This document shows positions 9,063 to 18,515 of a DNA stretch of 34,067 bases, one piece after another. The stretch spans positions 1-34,067 of the IMG/VR virus record IMGVR_UViG_3300010339_000008; one strand, given 5' to 3'. A program made the position numbers and the translations under genes. Source of the DNA: a virus. Below the pieces are notes generated by a model. It saw only the letters and a list, made by a program, of their open reading frames with translations. It made no database searches and was not told the origin of the DNA. Position 1 is the stretch's first letter, and every line of letters begins with the position of its first letter.

Positions 9063-9257
9063 ATGCTGACACTTCAAGATGTACGATTCCAGCCGAAATC
9101 CAAATGGCAGAAAAAGTTCTGTTTGTTCTGCCCGCACAAAGCCACGCTTGAGGCGGTTCTTGCGGAAGGCATCGCCTCTTCTAATGTTCGCTGCTGCGAC
9201 GACGAACTGTGCAAAAAGTATGCCGCGGAAATCGCCCTCATACCGTTCGAGCGTTAA
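9063..9257 (+). CDS. small Cys-rich protein (64 aa), plus strand
   Basis: Strong AGGAGAAAGAAA RBS before ATG; CLFCPHK...CCDDELC cysteine pattern. Confidence 0.5.
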   Translation: MLTLQDVRFQPKSKWQKKFCLFCPHKATLEAVLAEGIASSNVRCCDDELCKKYAAEIALIPFER

Positions 9258-10540
9258 GTCTGTATCTTCCCAAACGTGACTGTCCGCCCGATCTGTGGAT
9301 TGACATTTTCGAAGTCCTTGCCCGGCACGGTGCGCGGATCGTAAATAGGCTCTCCCCCGCCCCGCCCGTCAAGGGGATCGGGCCTCACGACGGGGTTGAA
9401 TATCGTCGGAAGCGAGGTGTTCAGCGGGATCAGGTAGCGGGTGTCGCCCGGCGAAAGCAAGCTCACCGTGAAGTCCTGCTGGAGTATGACGCCGCGGGGC
9501 ATCTTGTAAACCATATTGCTGATGACGTTCCGGTCGCCGTTGCGCCGGACGATGAGGTCGCCGTTCTGCACGATGGGCGTGCGGGTCAAAAAGCTCCGGC
9601 TGTCGCGGGTCGTCTTGATGCCGCCTTCGTTCAATTCCCTCATGATCGCCGAGTCAGGTGGCACGAACAGGAGGTCGTACGGGCCGATGTACCCGCCGAC
9701 GAAGCCCGTCTCGAAGCATGTACGGCACCCGGTCTTGCCTTGTGTCAAACCCGTAGTGCATCCGCAGGGCTCGCCGCGCCACTTGCGGAACAGCACGTAG
9801 GCTGGCTCGCCGACTTCCTCGAAGACCCACTGGTTGCGGTTGACCATCTCTTGGAATTCCCAGCTTATCTGATCAACTTCCTGTGTGTTCTTGATCACAC
9901 TGTCCCGAGCGCCGGGGGCGTGCGTCTCGCGCCCGTCCTTGCCGATGGGCACGACGGTGTAGTACGTGCGGTTCAATTCCGTGTAGATATCCACGAGGTT
10001 GCTGATCTTGTAGTAGGTGGCCTTGAACGCCGCGATGCCAGACCAGTCGCCCTGCCACACCACGCCGTTGCTTGCGAGCGGGAAAGCACTCACCGCTCCG
10101 CCTTCCGGAAGGGTGTTGTCCATCTTCAGCCAAATCGTACGGTCGAAGCCGTCCACCTTTGCCGGGCGGAAAGTCTGGGCGTCATCAAAGTTCCCCGAGA
10201 CGGAGGTGGTAACAAGCACATCCGCGGGATCGTTGCTAACCACGGGGCGTCCCTGCACCGCACGGGAGAACGGGGGATCGGGGATGCGGAATACCCAGCG
10301 CCCAAGCTCGCCGCGCTCGATCCAGTCCGAATCCTGTATGCCGTAGACGACCTCGACCAGCGAGGTCATGTCGCGGTAGAAGTGCCCGCCTACGGGGACG
10401 GCGCTGATCTTCGTCCAGTTCGCCGGGTAGTCGAACGCCCGGTAGATTGAGTAACCTTTGGCAGCTTCAGGATCGTCTAACCACCATAAATCCCGCGATC
10501 CGACGTACGAGCTATTCAAAATTTGAAGATTAGTGACCAT
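9254..10540 (-). CDS. hypothetical structural-module protein (428 aa)
   Basis: ATG at 10540 (MVTNLQILNSSYVGSR...) with AGGAAA RBS; the track's 42-codon N-terminal extension is basic junk and overlaps the upstream gene. Confidence 0.7.
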   Translation of the reverse strand: MVTNLQILNSSYVGSRDLWWLDDPEAAKGYSIYRAFDYPANWTKISAVPVGGHFYRDMTSLVEVVYGIQDSDWIERGELGRWVFRIPDPPFSRAVQGRPVVSNDPADVLVTTSVSGNFDDAQTFRPAKVDGFDRTIWLKMDNTLPEGGAVSAFPLASNGVVWQGDWSGIAAFKATYYKISNLVDIYTELNRTYYTVVPIGKDGRETHAPGARDSVIKNTQEVDQISWEFQEMVNRNQWVFEEVGEPAYVLFRKWRGEPCGCTTGLTQGKTGCRTCFETGFVGGYIGPYDLLFVPPDSAIMRELNEGGIKTTRDSRSFLTRTPIVQNGDLIVRRNGDRNVISNMVYKMPRGVILQQDFTVSLLSPGDTRYLIPLNTSLPTIFNPVVRPDPLDGRGGGEPIYDPRTVPGKDFENVNPQIGRTVTFGKIQT

Positions 10541-11264
10541 TCGATTTCCTGCGAGTTGCCCACGTCCCCACCATTGCCCGCCGTATTTTTTCCTTTGATG
10601 CGACTGTATGCAAAACGCCGGGCTTTCCGGCAACCCATCCCGCCCTAATTTTCTCTTCCGTTTCACGTTCTGGCACGAGCTTCATTCCCAACTGGGGATG
10701 ATGCATCCATCGTAGGCGCTTATGCTTGAGCGTGAAGGATATTTGTTGGCGTGTTTTTCTCGGCACAGGCACATCTTTATTCCAAGGCGGTATGCCGATC
10801 CTATCTATCCGTCCACGCACCCAGCCCCTATCCAAGTAAACGGGTATTTCAGATTCCCGAACCTTCTTCATTCCAAGTTCTGGGTGGCTAATCCATAATT
10901 GTCCAAGGTGTGATTGACGTAGTTTTTCTCGCGTCTCTACCGATGCACGGTTTCCCTTGTTTGGGGAAGATGCTGTTGGGCTTGAATTGTAACCGTTGCG
11001 GTAAGAGTCAAACAGATCGAGGTAGTGCTGCTCACGAACAAGCAGTTGATTCTCTGGGCATTCCTCCAACACAACCCATTTCCATACCGTCGCTCCATGC
11101 TTGTTCCATGAGCGTTGCAGTTTTATTGAATGATTGATTCCCCTGCGCAGTTGCTTTTTATGGGCGTGCCAGCGCTTAACCGCATCCTTCGTGCTTCCGA
11201 CATAAGACTTTCCTGTGACGGTGTTTTGGATGGCGTAAACGCAAGATATTTTTGGTTGGGACAT
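10530..11264 (-). CDS. GIY-YIG homing endonuclease
   Basis: ATG 11264 (MSQPKISCVYAIQNTVTGKSYVGSTKDAVKRWHAH...) carries the GIY-x10-YIG motif with conserved R and H; local DNA visibly AT-richer than surroundings; track ORF 10530..11702 over-extended upstream. Confidence 0.8.
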   Translation of the reverse strand: MSQPKISCVYAIQNTVTGKSYVGSTKDAVKRWHAHKKQLRRGINHSIKLQRSWNKHGATVWKWVVLEECPENQLLVREQHYLDLFDSYRNGYNSSPTASSPNKGNRASVETREKLRQSHLGQLWISHPELGMKKVRESEIPVYLDRGWVRGRIDRIGIPPWNKDVPVPRKTRQQISFTLKHKRLRWMHHPQLGMKLVPERETEEKIRAGWVAGKPGVLHTVASKEKIRRAMVGTWATRRKSNGH

Positions 11265-11394
11265 AGCTTCTCTATATAAATACCGCAAAATCAGGTTTTT
11301 GAGGACGGTTGTCAATATAAGACGTTGAATTTTAAGGAGTTGAGGACTAGCTAAAATACCCCCAACCGCTGTATACTGTGGGTGGGAGGAGAAA
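11265..11394. promoter_or_regulatory. AT-rich divergent intergenic region (likely promoters for 10530..11264 and 11395..11712)
   Basis: 130-nt AT-rich spacer between divergently oriented genes; TTGAAT ... TAAAAT-like elements; GGGAGGAG RBS before the plus-strand gene. Confidence 0.3.
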
Positions 11395-11712
11395 ATGACC
11401 GGAACCAAGGCAGCCCTAATCTCTCTAAGTTTCTTAGTAATCGGCACGGCCTTGACACTTTGGATTTTCCACGTAAGTCCCGAAAAAGCTGCCCGTGAAG
11501 ACGCTGCAATCCAAGCGGAACAAGCCCGAGGAATACGTTCCCCACAGATAGACCCCAAGAGACGGGAACGCGATGAACTGCAAAAAGCAATCAATGAAGC
11601 AAGAAAAGAACTCAATTGTCCGGGTTTCCTCGACGCTCCAATAGGTTTCAAGCCCTGCCCAGAGCGCGAATACTTGAACAAATTGCAAGACGAATTGGAC
11701 AATCTTAATTGA
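11395..11712 (+). CDS. small membrane-anchored protein (105 aa)
   Basis: GGGAGGAG RBS 5 nt before ATG; N-terminal hydrophobic helix (ALISLSFLVIGTALTLWIF) then charged coiled region. Confidence 0.6.
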   Translation: MTGTKAALISLSFLVIGTALTLWIFHVSPEKAAREDAAIQAEQARGIRSPQIDPKRRERDELQKAINEARKELNCPGFLDAPIGFKPCPEREYLNKLQDELDNLN

Positions 11713-11771
11713 AAACCCTAAGTGTGTGCTTAAAGGGATAGTTCCTCAAAACAGTTGTTGACAACCCCCGC

Positions 11772-14378
11772 TTATGTGCCCTTTTCTGCTTCATCCCGCA
11801 ATAGCGATGTCCGGAACGAAGTCTTAGGCTTCGCATATGTGTCCTGAAGTTCGTCTTCGTGGGGCTTTCCAAGCATGCTAGTCTGTCGGGAATCGGAGCG
11901 TGCTTTTTCCGTAGGTGTCTTCGGAGATTTGGAAGTCAGGTCGCGGATCATTACTGGGAATACTGCACCTGAGATCGGCACCAGCTTGAACCCCTGCCCT
12001 TTATACCAGCCGATCAGGTCGAAGCCCTCGCGCTGTTTCCCGGCTGTGTCAACTATGGCTACAATCGCGGTGGCACCAAGAGTCTTGGCTTCGGCTATGA
12101 AATCATAAAGCAGTGTCTTACCCAAGCCTTGACCCCGCTTTTCCTTGCCGACCTCTATCCCCTCCAATGTGGCTATTTTCTTGTGGTCCTTCAACAGGCG
12201 AACGAGCTTTGCGATCCCGCGTGTTACGCCCGGCAAATACTCGGCGGCCCACCTGTCCAGTTCCTTTATTGGAATGACGTTTCCGTAGGCACTGCTTTCG
12301 TCGTCCCCGACAAGGATATCCGTGTCGGCCTTCTTGCTGAATCCCGCGATCTTGTCGATATTGTACCGCTGGTTGAATTCTTTCACCCATTGCCATACCC
12401 GAGGCTCGCACGAAATCATAGATTCGATGTGCGCAGGGTTTCCAAAGAAGTCCTTGTCGTGGTAGAACGTCTCTTGATCCCACAGGTCGGTCAGGTCAAT
12501 GATGCGATCCGGCGTCTTGAGAAGCTGGTGGTCTGGATTGCCCCTGATCTGCCCGCCGAACAGAGCTTGGGCGAACAGGGAGGCGAACTTGCATGCGCCT
12601 TTCATGTCCATCGGCTCGCCTTCGCGCCCGAGTTCAAGATGACGCTCTGCCCATTTCTCCTTCAGGAAATTCTTGGCCCGGTTGATCCATTCGTCAGTCG
12701 CAGGATAGAGCTTGGCGGCTTTCTTTTTCCTTGCCGCCGTGCGGACCCAGAAGTTGCCCCGAAGGTCGCCCACGTCCACCTGCTGCTTCCTGAAGCCGAA
12801 CGACTTTGCGAGGCGGTCGTAGTACATGTGGACTTTCTCGCCCTCGACTGCTTCGTCCCTAGTCGAGATGGTTTCCGCGGTGTGGATCGCCACGTTCTTG
12901 ATGCCGTGCCTGCGAGCAAGCTCAATGAGGCTGGCGATGCCGTACTCCGCCCAGTTCTCGAACAGGTGGATAAGCTTTCGCTTGATTTCTTCAAGGCTGT
13001 CAAGGTTGTAGCCGTGCTGAAGCATTTGGGCTTTGGCTTGCCGGAACGTCGCGGCGTTGATGCCCTTCTCCGCTACCATCTCACGCATCTTATCGCTGCG
13101 GAGGCTTGCCATGAAGTCGTCGAAGCTGTCGGCTTCGAGGATGAGCTTCGCTTGCGAGACGGAATTGACGAGATCGGACTGCACCTCGTCCACCAGCAGC
13201 CAGTCCTCGTCCACAAAGTCCACCCGCAGCCAGCCCACGGTCTTTTTGGCGGCTGGGTGCCCGCTCATTTCGCTGGACTGGCCAACCATGTCCACGTATT
13301 GCGCAAGGAGGGGGTCTTGGGCCAAGATGCGCGAGGCGTCGGCGCTTTGGTTGATCCTCAGCACAAGCTGCTCGGCGTCCCGGTAGGAAGTTTCGGGATC
13401 GTGGTACGTAGCGTGCTCAAGTTCGTAGCTCTGCTCCTGCGGCTTGTACTCGTCCATCCAGCGTTCCATGTCCGCAGTTGTGATATGCGGGCGGTTCTGC
13501 CGCACGTCCATCCACACCTTGGGGTACTTCTGGGCGAACTGCTGGAACTTCTTCTGGAAGTCTTGCCATGAAAGCGACTGGATGCGGTTGTCAAGATACT
13601 GCTGGTAGACCCAGCGGACGGCGTCGTATTCCTTGGCGACCGGAGCGTCAAGCTCCTGAAGCTGCGGCACGTCGGCTTTCTTGAGCAGGTTGGATGTGAC
13701 CGGAACGCCCCGCTCGGGAGCGAATATGCCGGGTTCCTGTTTTATGATCGCGGGCGTTCTCGGGGCGGACTCGCCTTCCGTGGTATCCAAATGGCAGTCT
13801 AAAGCATCTGCTCCTTGTCCCTTTTCGGTGCCATAATCCAGCGAACTGTGTGACCATTTGCCATCGTTGCGGACAACGACGGAATCCAATCCCTTATGAA
13901 ACATGCCCGGCACGCTTTCGTCCGGCTTGTAGCCGTACCGCAGGGCGATGGCTCGCACAGGCTCCTCTTGGGCGGTGTCCACGCCGCCGCTCCATACGGC
14001 GGCGAGAAGGCTTGCGCCTCTCTTCATCCAAGGGGCTTTGTCCACCACCTTTAGAAACTGGCTGAGCGTGCCACTCCCGTGTTGAGCCACACCCCAATCG
14101 GGATGCAAATCCCAGACCATTCCTTCCTTGCTGATGCGATACATGCGGGCTATTTCCGCCCGCTGCTGATCCGTGGGACTCTTCACGATCTCGAAGGCCG
14201 TTGGACCCGCTACCCGTATGGCCCCTTCCTTGATGGGCAGCCGCAAGGAGACGCTGTCGTGCTCCTGATTGAAGTCGTCAACGCCGAACCACGACCCGTC
14301 CGTGAGCAAGAACCAAGTCCCACCGTGCACTCTTTCTGGCGTCATCTCGCCGGGCTGAAGCTGCACGCATTTCCTCAT
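11772..14378 (-). CDS. large protein (868 aa) with C-terminal GNAT N-acetyltransferase domain
   Basis: C-terminal ~150 aa contain GNAT motif A (KRGQGLGKTLLYDFIAEAK...AIVAIVDTA...GF); N-terminal ~700 aa without recognisable motif. Confidence 0.8.
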   Translation of the reverse strand: MRKCVQLQPGEMTPERVHGGTWFLLTDGSWFGVDDFNQEHDSVSLRLPIKEGAIRVAGPTAFEIVKSPTDQQRAEIARMYRISKEGMVWDLHPDWGVAQHGSGTLSQFLKVVDKAPWMKRGASLLAAVWSGGVDTAQEEPVRAIALRYGYKPDESVPGMFHKGLDSVVVRNDGKWSHSSLDYGTEKGQGADALDCHLDTTEGESAPRTPAIIKQEPGIFAPERGVPVTSNLLKKADVPQLQELDAPVAKEYDAVRWVYQQYLDNRIQSLSWQDFQKKFQQFAQKYPKVWMDVRQNRPHITTADMERWMDEYKPQEQSYELEHATYHDPETSYRDAEQLVLRINQSADASRILAQDPLLAQYVDMVGQSSEMSGHPAAKKTVGWLRVDFVDEDWLLVDEVQSDLVNSVSQAKLILEADSFDDFMASLRSDKMREMVAEKGINAATFRQAKAQMLQHGYNLDSLEEIKRKLIHLFENWAEYGIASLIELARRHGIKNVAIHTAETISTRDEAVEGEKVHMYYDRLAKSFGFRKQQVDVGDLRGNFWVRTAARKKKAAKLYPATDEWINRAKNFLKEKWAERHLELGREGEPMDMKGACKFASLFAQALFGGQIRGNPDHQLLKTPDRIIDLTDLWDQETFYHDKDFFGNPAHIESMISCEPRVWQWVKEFNQRYNIDKIAGFSKKADTDILVGDDESSAYGNVIPIKELDRWAAEYLPGVTRGIAKLVRLLKDHKKIATLEGIEVGKEKRGQGLGKTLLYDFIAEAKTLGATAIVAIVDTAGKQREGFDLIGWYKGQGFKLVPISGAVFPVMIRDLTSKSPKTPTEKARSDSRQTSMLGKPHEDELQDTYAKPKTSFRTSLLRDEAEKGT

Positions 14379-14402
14379 ATTTCTCCTCTAAAGAGTAAAT
14401 CG

Positions 14403-15098
14403 CTAGTCAGCTAAATAACTGCAAAGAGGGCACTCTGGGTTCGTTTGTTTTCGGTTGACATGCCAACGCACATGCCGAGGTATGGGGCTCTTTCCGCCCA
14501 ATCGTCCAGCTTTTTGCTTGTTCTCCCTAGACCCGGCTTTACCGCCCAGCACATGGGCTTCGTGGGATAGACGTGCGGATGCTTCCTGTTTATGCGACTC
14601 CACCCATTTCCGGCAACCTTCAACTCGACTGGATTCGTCTTGAGTGGCGCGGGCGGCTTTGATTTTTTCTACGGTTTCAAGTGTTGTGGTATGTCCTTTC
14701 ATTTTGGCGCTAAAATTTTCCCGAATTTCGGGACGCTGCCACATACGACGAGAAGCAGCGGCGTTCTTTTTCTTGGCTTCCTCAGAATGTGGCCCGGTGA
14801 ACCCCTCTCCACCTCGGCAGATGTTGTAGCCGATATTGGGATGCCGAGTCTTGAGGACTTTGATGAGCAGCCTTTCGTGCTCGCAGATTTCCTCATTGGT
14901 TTGCCCCCGAAAGAGCGGGTAGATGTGGAAATGCCCACGACCGTATTTGCGGATGGCGGCATAGAGATGGGAACGTAGACTTATGTGCTTGTGTGCCTCA
15001 GAAAATTTCTGTTGAAGATATTGCACCAAATTAGAACGGGTAGTTTTTCCAACATAAATCTTCCAGTTCACATCGTTGACAATCAGATAGACGAACAT
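14403..15098 (-). CDS. GIY-YIG homing endonuclease
   Basis: MFVYLIVNDVNWKIYVGKTTRSNLVQYLQQK...H matches the GIY-YIG motif; basic K/R-rich C-terminal DNA-binding tail; lower GC than neighbours. Confidence 0.85.
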   Translation of the reverse strand: MFVYLIVNDVNWKIYVGKTTRSNLVQYLQQKFSEAHKHISLRSHLYAAIRKYGRGHFHIYPLFRGQTNEEICEHERLLIKVLKTRHPNIGYNICRGGEGFTGPHSEEAKKKNAAASRRMWQRPEIRENFSAKMKGHTTTLETVEKIKAARATQDESSRVEGCRKWVESHKQEASARLSHEAHVLGGKAGSRENKQKAGRLGGKSPIPRHVRWHVNRKQTNPECPLCSYLAD

Positions 15099-15144
15099 CA
15101 GAACCTCCGCTACTTAATACTGCGGAAGTTAGATTTTTAAGTCA

Positions 15145-16098
15145 CTATCCGAGCAACCAACGCTGCTGGCGAAGACCTGCGCTGTACGGGCGGTTCGCCG
15201 TCAAAAGCGGAGCCCATGTGTTGAACTGCTGGTCGTATGTCGAGCCGAGCGTGTGGTACATGCCGGACTTGTTGATGTCGAGTGACACGCCGTTCAGGCT
15301 GTAGCTGAACTCGTCGGCCGTCCAGCGAGCGGACTCGCCGAGCAAGCAAAACGCCGCAGCGCCGATTGCTGCGCACTTGCCCCAGTCCATGGGGATCGAA
15401 TCGAGCGTCCAACCCGTGTAGTTCATGGGGTTCCATGTGTTGAGCTTGCCGATGCTGATGTCGAGGTTGATGAGGATGTCCTCGTCCGTCCAGATGAATC
15501 CAACGCGGGTGCTGTACCCTGCGACCACGCGGCCGGGCGTCGGCGGGCGGAAATGATAGTTGCGGTCGGGATTGTCGTCGCGGAGCAACTTGCGGACGTA
15601 GCGGATCGCCTTGGCGTACATATCGGGCGAGGTCTGGGCGCTGGCGATGCTCAGGGTCTTGCCCACGATCATCGACGGGGCCTCGAATGCCGGGTCGGCG
15701 GGATCAACCGCCTGAACCACGAAGTCCTCGAACACCTGATTGACCGGGGAAGCTGGGTACTGCTGGAGGTACCATGTGAGCCGGAAGATGCCGCTCCAAG
15801 TTGTCGGGACGGTAATGTTGACCCAGTACACTCCTTGCGAGGCTCGCTTCGGAATACAGTTGGGCTGCCCAACCAGCGCCAGCCCCTCGGGTGGCAGCGG
15901 CGGGCCGCCTTGCATGTTGACCGGCTGCAAAAGATCATATTCATAGGCTTGAGTCGGTTTCACAGGGATGGACTGGCTGATCTGGAAAATACTGTAGGTG
16001 ATGTTCTGTGGATCAAGGAGGGCTCCCTGAGCGTCACGAACGAGGATCGCCAAGTCACCTGCGGTGAGTGTTTTGCCTTGGGTCAGTGTTATTGCCAT
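15145..16098 (-). CDS. hypothetical protein (317 aa)
   Basis: GAGAGGGA RBS before ATG 16098; high GC3. Confidence 0.7.
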   Translation of the reverse strand: MAITLTQGKTLTAGDLAILVRDAQGALLDPQNITYSIFQISQSIPVKPTQAYEYDLLQPVNMQGGPPLPPEGLALVGQPNCIPKRASQGVYWVNITVPTTWSGIFRLTWYLQQYPASPVNQVFEDFVVQAVDPADPAFEAPSMIVGKTLSIASAQTSPDMYAKAIRYVRKLLRDDNPDRNYHFRPPTPGRVVAGYSTRVGFIWTDEDILINLDISIGKLNTWNPMNYTGWTLDSIPMDWGKCAAIGAAAFCLLGESARWTADEFSYSLNGVSLDINKSGMYHTLGSTYDQQFNTWAPLLTANRPYSAGLRQQRWLLG

Positions 16099-16637
16099 TT
16101 TTGTCCCTCTCTATTGCAACGGATAGCACGCAGATGCGGCCCCAACTGTCGCATTTCTTCATAGGAAAGGTGGTTGTTTTTGATGATATTGCAGACTTTG
16201 CAAGCGACCACTAAATTCTCTTTTGCGTACCCTAGATCACTATTTTTACGATCCAAATGGTACCCGTGATTGGGGGATTGTCTTCCATGAGAAACCCACA
16301 GCACAAACCCCCCGCAATAGTGACACTCGTTTATCTTTGTGAATTCCAAAAAATCATCATACGTAAGCGAGACAGAAATCTCATCAAGCTTAGCGCGTCG
16401 AACCAGACCGCTGTTATATAAGGATTCGAAGGGGCGTTTCCGGCGACTCAGATGTTCTCTGCAATGCTGAGCACTACAACAAGACCTACAAAACCCCGTT
16501 CGATCATCACGAAGATAGCAAGACATGACCCACATTTCTTTGTCGCAACCCCGGCAAAGAAAGACCCATCCGCCCCTTTTTTGACCCCCAACAAACCGAA
16601 CTTCACGGCGAAGGGCATCTTCTGTGTTCAATTGCAT
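16089..16637 (-). CDS. HNH homing endonuclease
   Basis: ATG 16637 (MQLNTEDALRR...) with GGGGA RBS; CHYCGG...HLDRKNSDLGYAKENLVVACKVCNIIKNN matches the HNH Cys/His pattern; AT-richer DNA. Confidence 0.8.
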   Translation of the reverse strand: MQLNTEDALRREVRFVGGQKRGGWVFLCRGCDKEMWVMSCYLRDDRTGFCRSCCSAQHCREHLSRRKRPFESLYNSGLVRRAKLDEISVSLTYDDFLEFTKINECHYCGGFVLWVSHGRQSPNHGYHLDRKNSDLGYAKENLVVACKVCNIIKNNHLSYEEMRQLGPHLRAIRCNREGQKWQ

Positions 16638-16725
16638 ATTTTGTCCCCATTGAAGAGGACAAAAGTCAGATTTTAAGGGGAAATAGACTTGTGAGATTAA
16701 CCTGCGCTGGGTAAATATACCCCGC

Positions 16726-17478
16726 TCATCTTTCGATCTCCACCTTTTTGATGTTGTTCGCGGCCGGGATTTCAAGCACGAGGCTCCATGCGATCAGGCT
16801 GTAGCCGAGCAGGTCGCGTGCGGAATCCTGCAAGGGCTCAAAGTTGGGAACGATGCCCCCTTGGGACGCAAGCTGGGTATACCGGGCGATCTTGTCCCAC
16901 AGCCGGGGCAGCAATCCCACGACCCCGTGCCTGCGGAAGCTCTCGCCGTAATCCTGCGCTTTGCGGCAGAGGTTTTCGGCGGCGATCTCGATCCGGGCCT
17001 TGACCATGTCTTCGGATTCGCAAAAGCAGTCCAAGGGAACGTCCGTGACGACGATCCGCTCCTCGATCAGGCAAAGCAGTGCCGCCATGTAGACCATGAA
17101 ATGCAGCCCCCGCACATACATGTCGAGGAACATCGGTGGCCATTCGGCCACCGGGGTCTCGGGGTTCACCTTCGCCAGCGCCTCCAGGATGAAAAACTGG
17201 TAGAGCCACTGGAGGACGATGTTTTCGGCCGTGAGGCGATCCGGGGGAAGATGCCCGAGAACAATCTCGGGATCGGGCGTGGCGTAGGTCGGAACCCCCG
17301 CCAAATGCGCCACCCCCCTCAAGCCGCAATGGGCCAATTGGTCTGCGGACTGAAGCAGGGGGCGGGCCTCGGCGGCGTTTATTCGGCCGGGGAGACCGCT
17401 TACGATACGTGGCCAGTCCTCGCCGCGGAGCATGACGGTGCTGCTTATTTCTTGCCAAAACCGGGTTTTATCATCCAT
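16726..17478 (-). CDS. hypothetical protein (250 aa)
   Basis: Long ORF on the gene-dense strand; overlapping ORFs 16838..17458 and 16861..17532 are Arg/Gly-rich shadows. Confidence 0.65.
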   Translation of the reverse strand: MDDKTRFWQEISSTVMLRGEDWPRIVSGLPGRINAAEARPLLQSADQLAHCGLRGVAHLAGVPTYATPDPEIVLGHLPPDRLTAENIVLQWLYQFFILEALAKVNPETPVAEWPPMFLDMYVRGLHFMVYMAALLCLIEERIVVTDVPLDCFCESEDMVKARIEIAAENLCRKAQDYGESFRRHGVVGLLPRLWDKIARYTQLASQGGIVPNFEPLQDSARDLLGYSLIAWSLVLEIPAANNIKKVEIER

Positions 17479-17500
17479 GAGTACCTAATACTGGAAGGGC

Positions 17501-17719
17501 CTAATGCTTCTTGGGTATGTCGATTTGATTGATGTTGAGGAGCCAGTCGAGGATTTTCTGGGCTTTCACTCTGGCGGTTATTTCAGCTATCCCCAAGTCC
17601 CCGTGATGTATGTCCATCAGGATGGCAGTGAGGTTGTCAATGGTCCACTTGCTCTGGTACAACTCTCCGATTCGTTCATCGGTGAGCTTGGCCTCTTCTT
17701 CAGGAACGGCCATCAACAT
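17501..17719 (-). CDS. hypothetical small protein (72 aa)
   Basis: ATG 17719 with GAGGG RBS (MLMAVPEEEAKLTDERIGELYQSKW...). Confidence 0.5.
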   Translation of the reverse strand: MLMAVPEEEAKLTDERIGELYQSKWTIDNLTAILMDIHHGDLGIAEITARVKAQKILDWLLNINQIDIPKKH

Positions 17720-17904
17720 ATCAGACCCTCGCTTGCTTCTTGGTGAGACGGCGGATGTTCCGCCAGTTCGTCCACATGCCTTCAAATCCCTGCCCTATGA
17801 AATACCAAGGCCCGTCCAGCTTCACGTCGGACCCCGGATAGTTCCGCCCGGTGGACTTCCGGTGGATGACCCCGAGCCCCATCGGCCCCCAGACCACTTG
17901 GTCT

Positions 17905-18114
17905 TTATGAAACTTGCGCGGACTTCTCACGTCTGTCCTTCCCAGACCTGCGTTCGACCTTGTGCTCCTCGCAGCGGTAACCCCACACAACGGGCTTGCC
18001 GCAAAGCGTCGTGCCGAAGTCCCCGGCTAACTCGGAGCCGTAGGTATTCCAGATTGACAGGTTCTCCGCGTAGTGCTCTTCGTCAAAGACTTGCTCTAGG
18101 CATCCTTCATCCAT
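17905..18114 (-). CDS. hypothetical small protein (69 aa)
   Basis: Internal ATG 18114 with GTGAGG RBS; upstream part of track ORF is low-quality sequence. Confidence 0.3.
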   Translation of the reverse strand: MDEGCLEQVFDEEHYAENLSIWNTYGSELAGDFGTTLCGKPVVWGYRCEEHKVERRSGKDRREKSAQVS

Positions 18115-18164
18115 GCTGTTTGCCTCACTGCTGTTTAATACCCGCTGGTGCTGGCGACCTGATA

Positions 18165-18515
18165 TTATTGGTCCTCTGGCTCCCCCCGCATCAGTTGGTC
18201 GAGTCTGTTGCCCTTTTGGATGACCGCCGGGTTTCCCTTGCTCAGGCCCAACAAAATCAACACCCGCGCATCTGGCACAAACTTGGTCTGCCACCCGTAG
18301 CTGTCCGCTATCCTGCGGAGGGCGTCCTGCGTCTGGTCATCCCACTTGCCGGACGGCGGGCCGGACATAAAGTCGTGGGAGATCAAAACCTCTTGGATTT
18401 CGACGATACGCCGCGGATCAATCTGTTTTTGCCCCTTCTTGGGTTTATTGGGAGCCGCGGAAAGGGGCACCACAAGAATCAAAAAGAAGGCTATGAGCTT
18501 AACCAGACGTTTCAT
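18165..18515 (-). CDS. secreted protein with peptidoglycan-binding (PG_binding_1-like) domain
   Basis: ATG 18515: MKRLVKLIAFFLILVVPLSAAP signal peptide; IQEVLISHDFMSGPPSGKWDDQTQDALRRIADSYGWQ resembles the peptidoglycan-binding repeat. Confidence 0.6.
   Translation of the reverse strand: MKRLVKLIAFFLILVVPLSAAPNKPKKGQKQIDPRRIVEIQEVLISHDFMSGPPSGKWDDQTQDALRRIADSYGWQTKFVPDARVLILLGLSKGNPAVIQKGNRLDQLMRGEPEDQ

Noticed and set aside
9209-10450. 413-aa plus-strand ORF
   Set aside because: Antisense to the 428-aa minus-strand gene; Arg/Ala/Val-rich junk composition.
12129-13571. 480-aa plus-strand ORF
   Set aside because: Lies entirely antisense inside the 868-aa minus-strand gene; Leu/Arg/Val-rich composition typical of antisense high-GC frames; no RBS.
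16838-17532. 206-aa minus-strand and 223-aa plus-strand ORFs
   Set aside because: Alternative frames inside 16726..17478; Arg/Gly/Pro-rich shadow composition.
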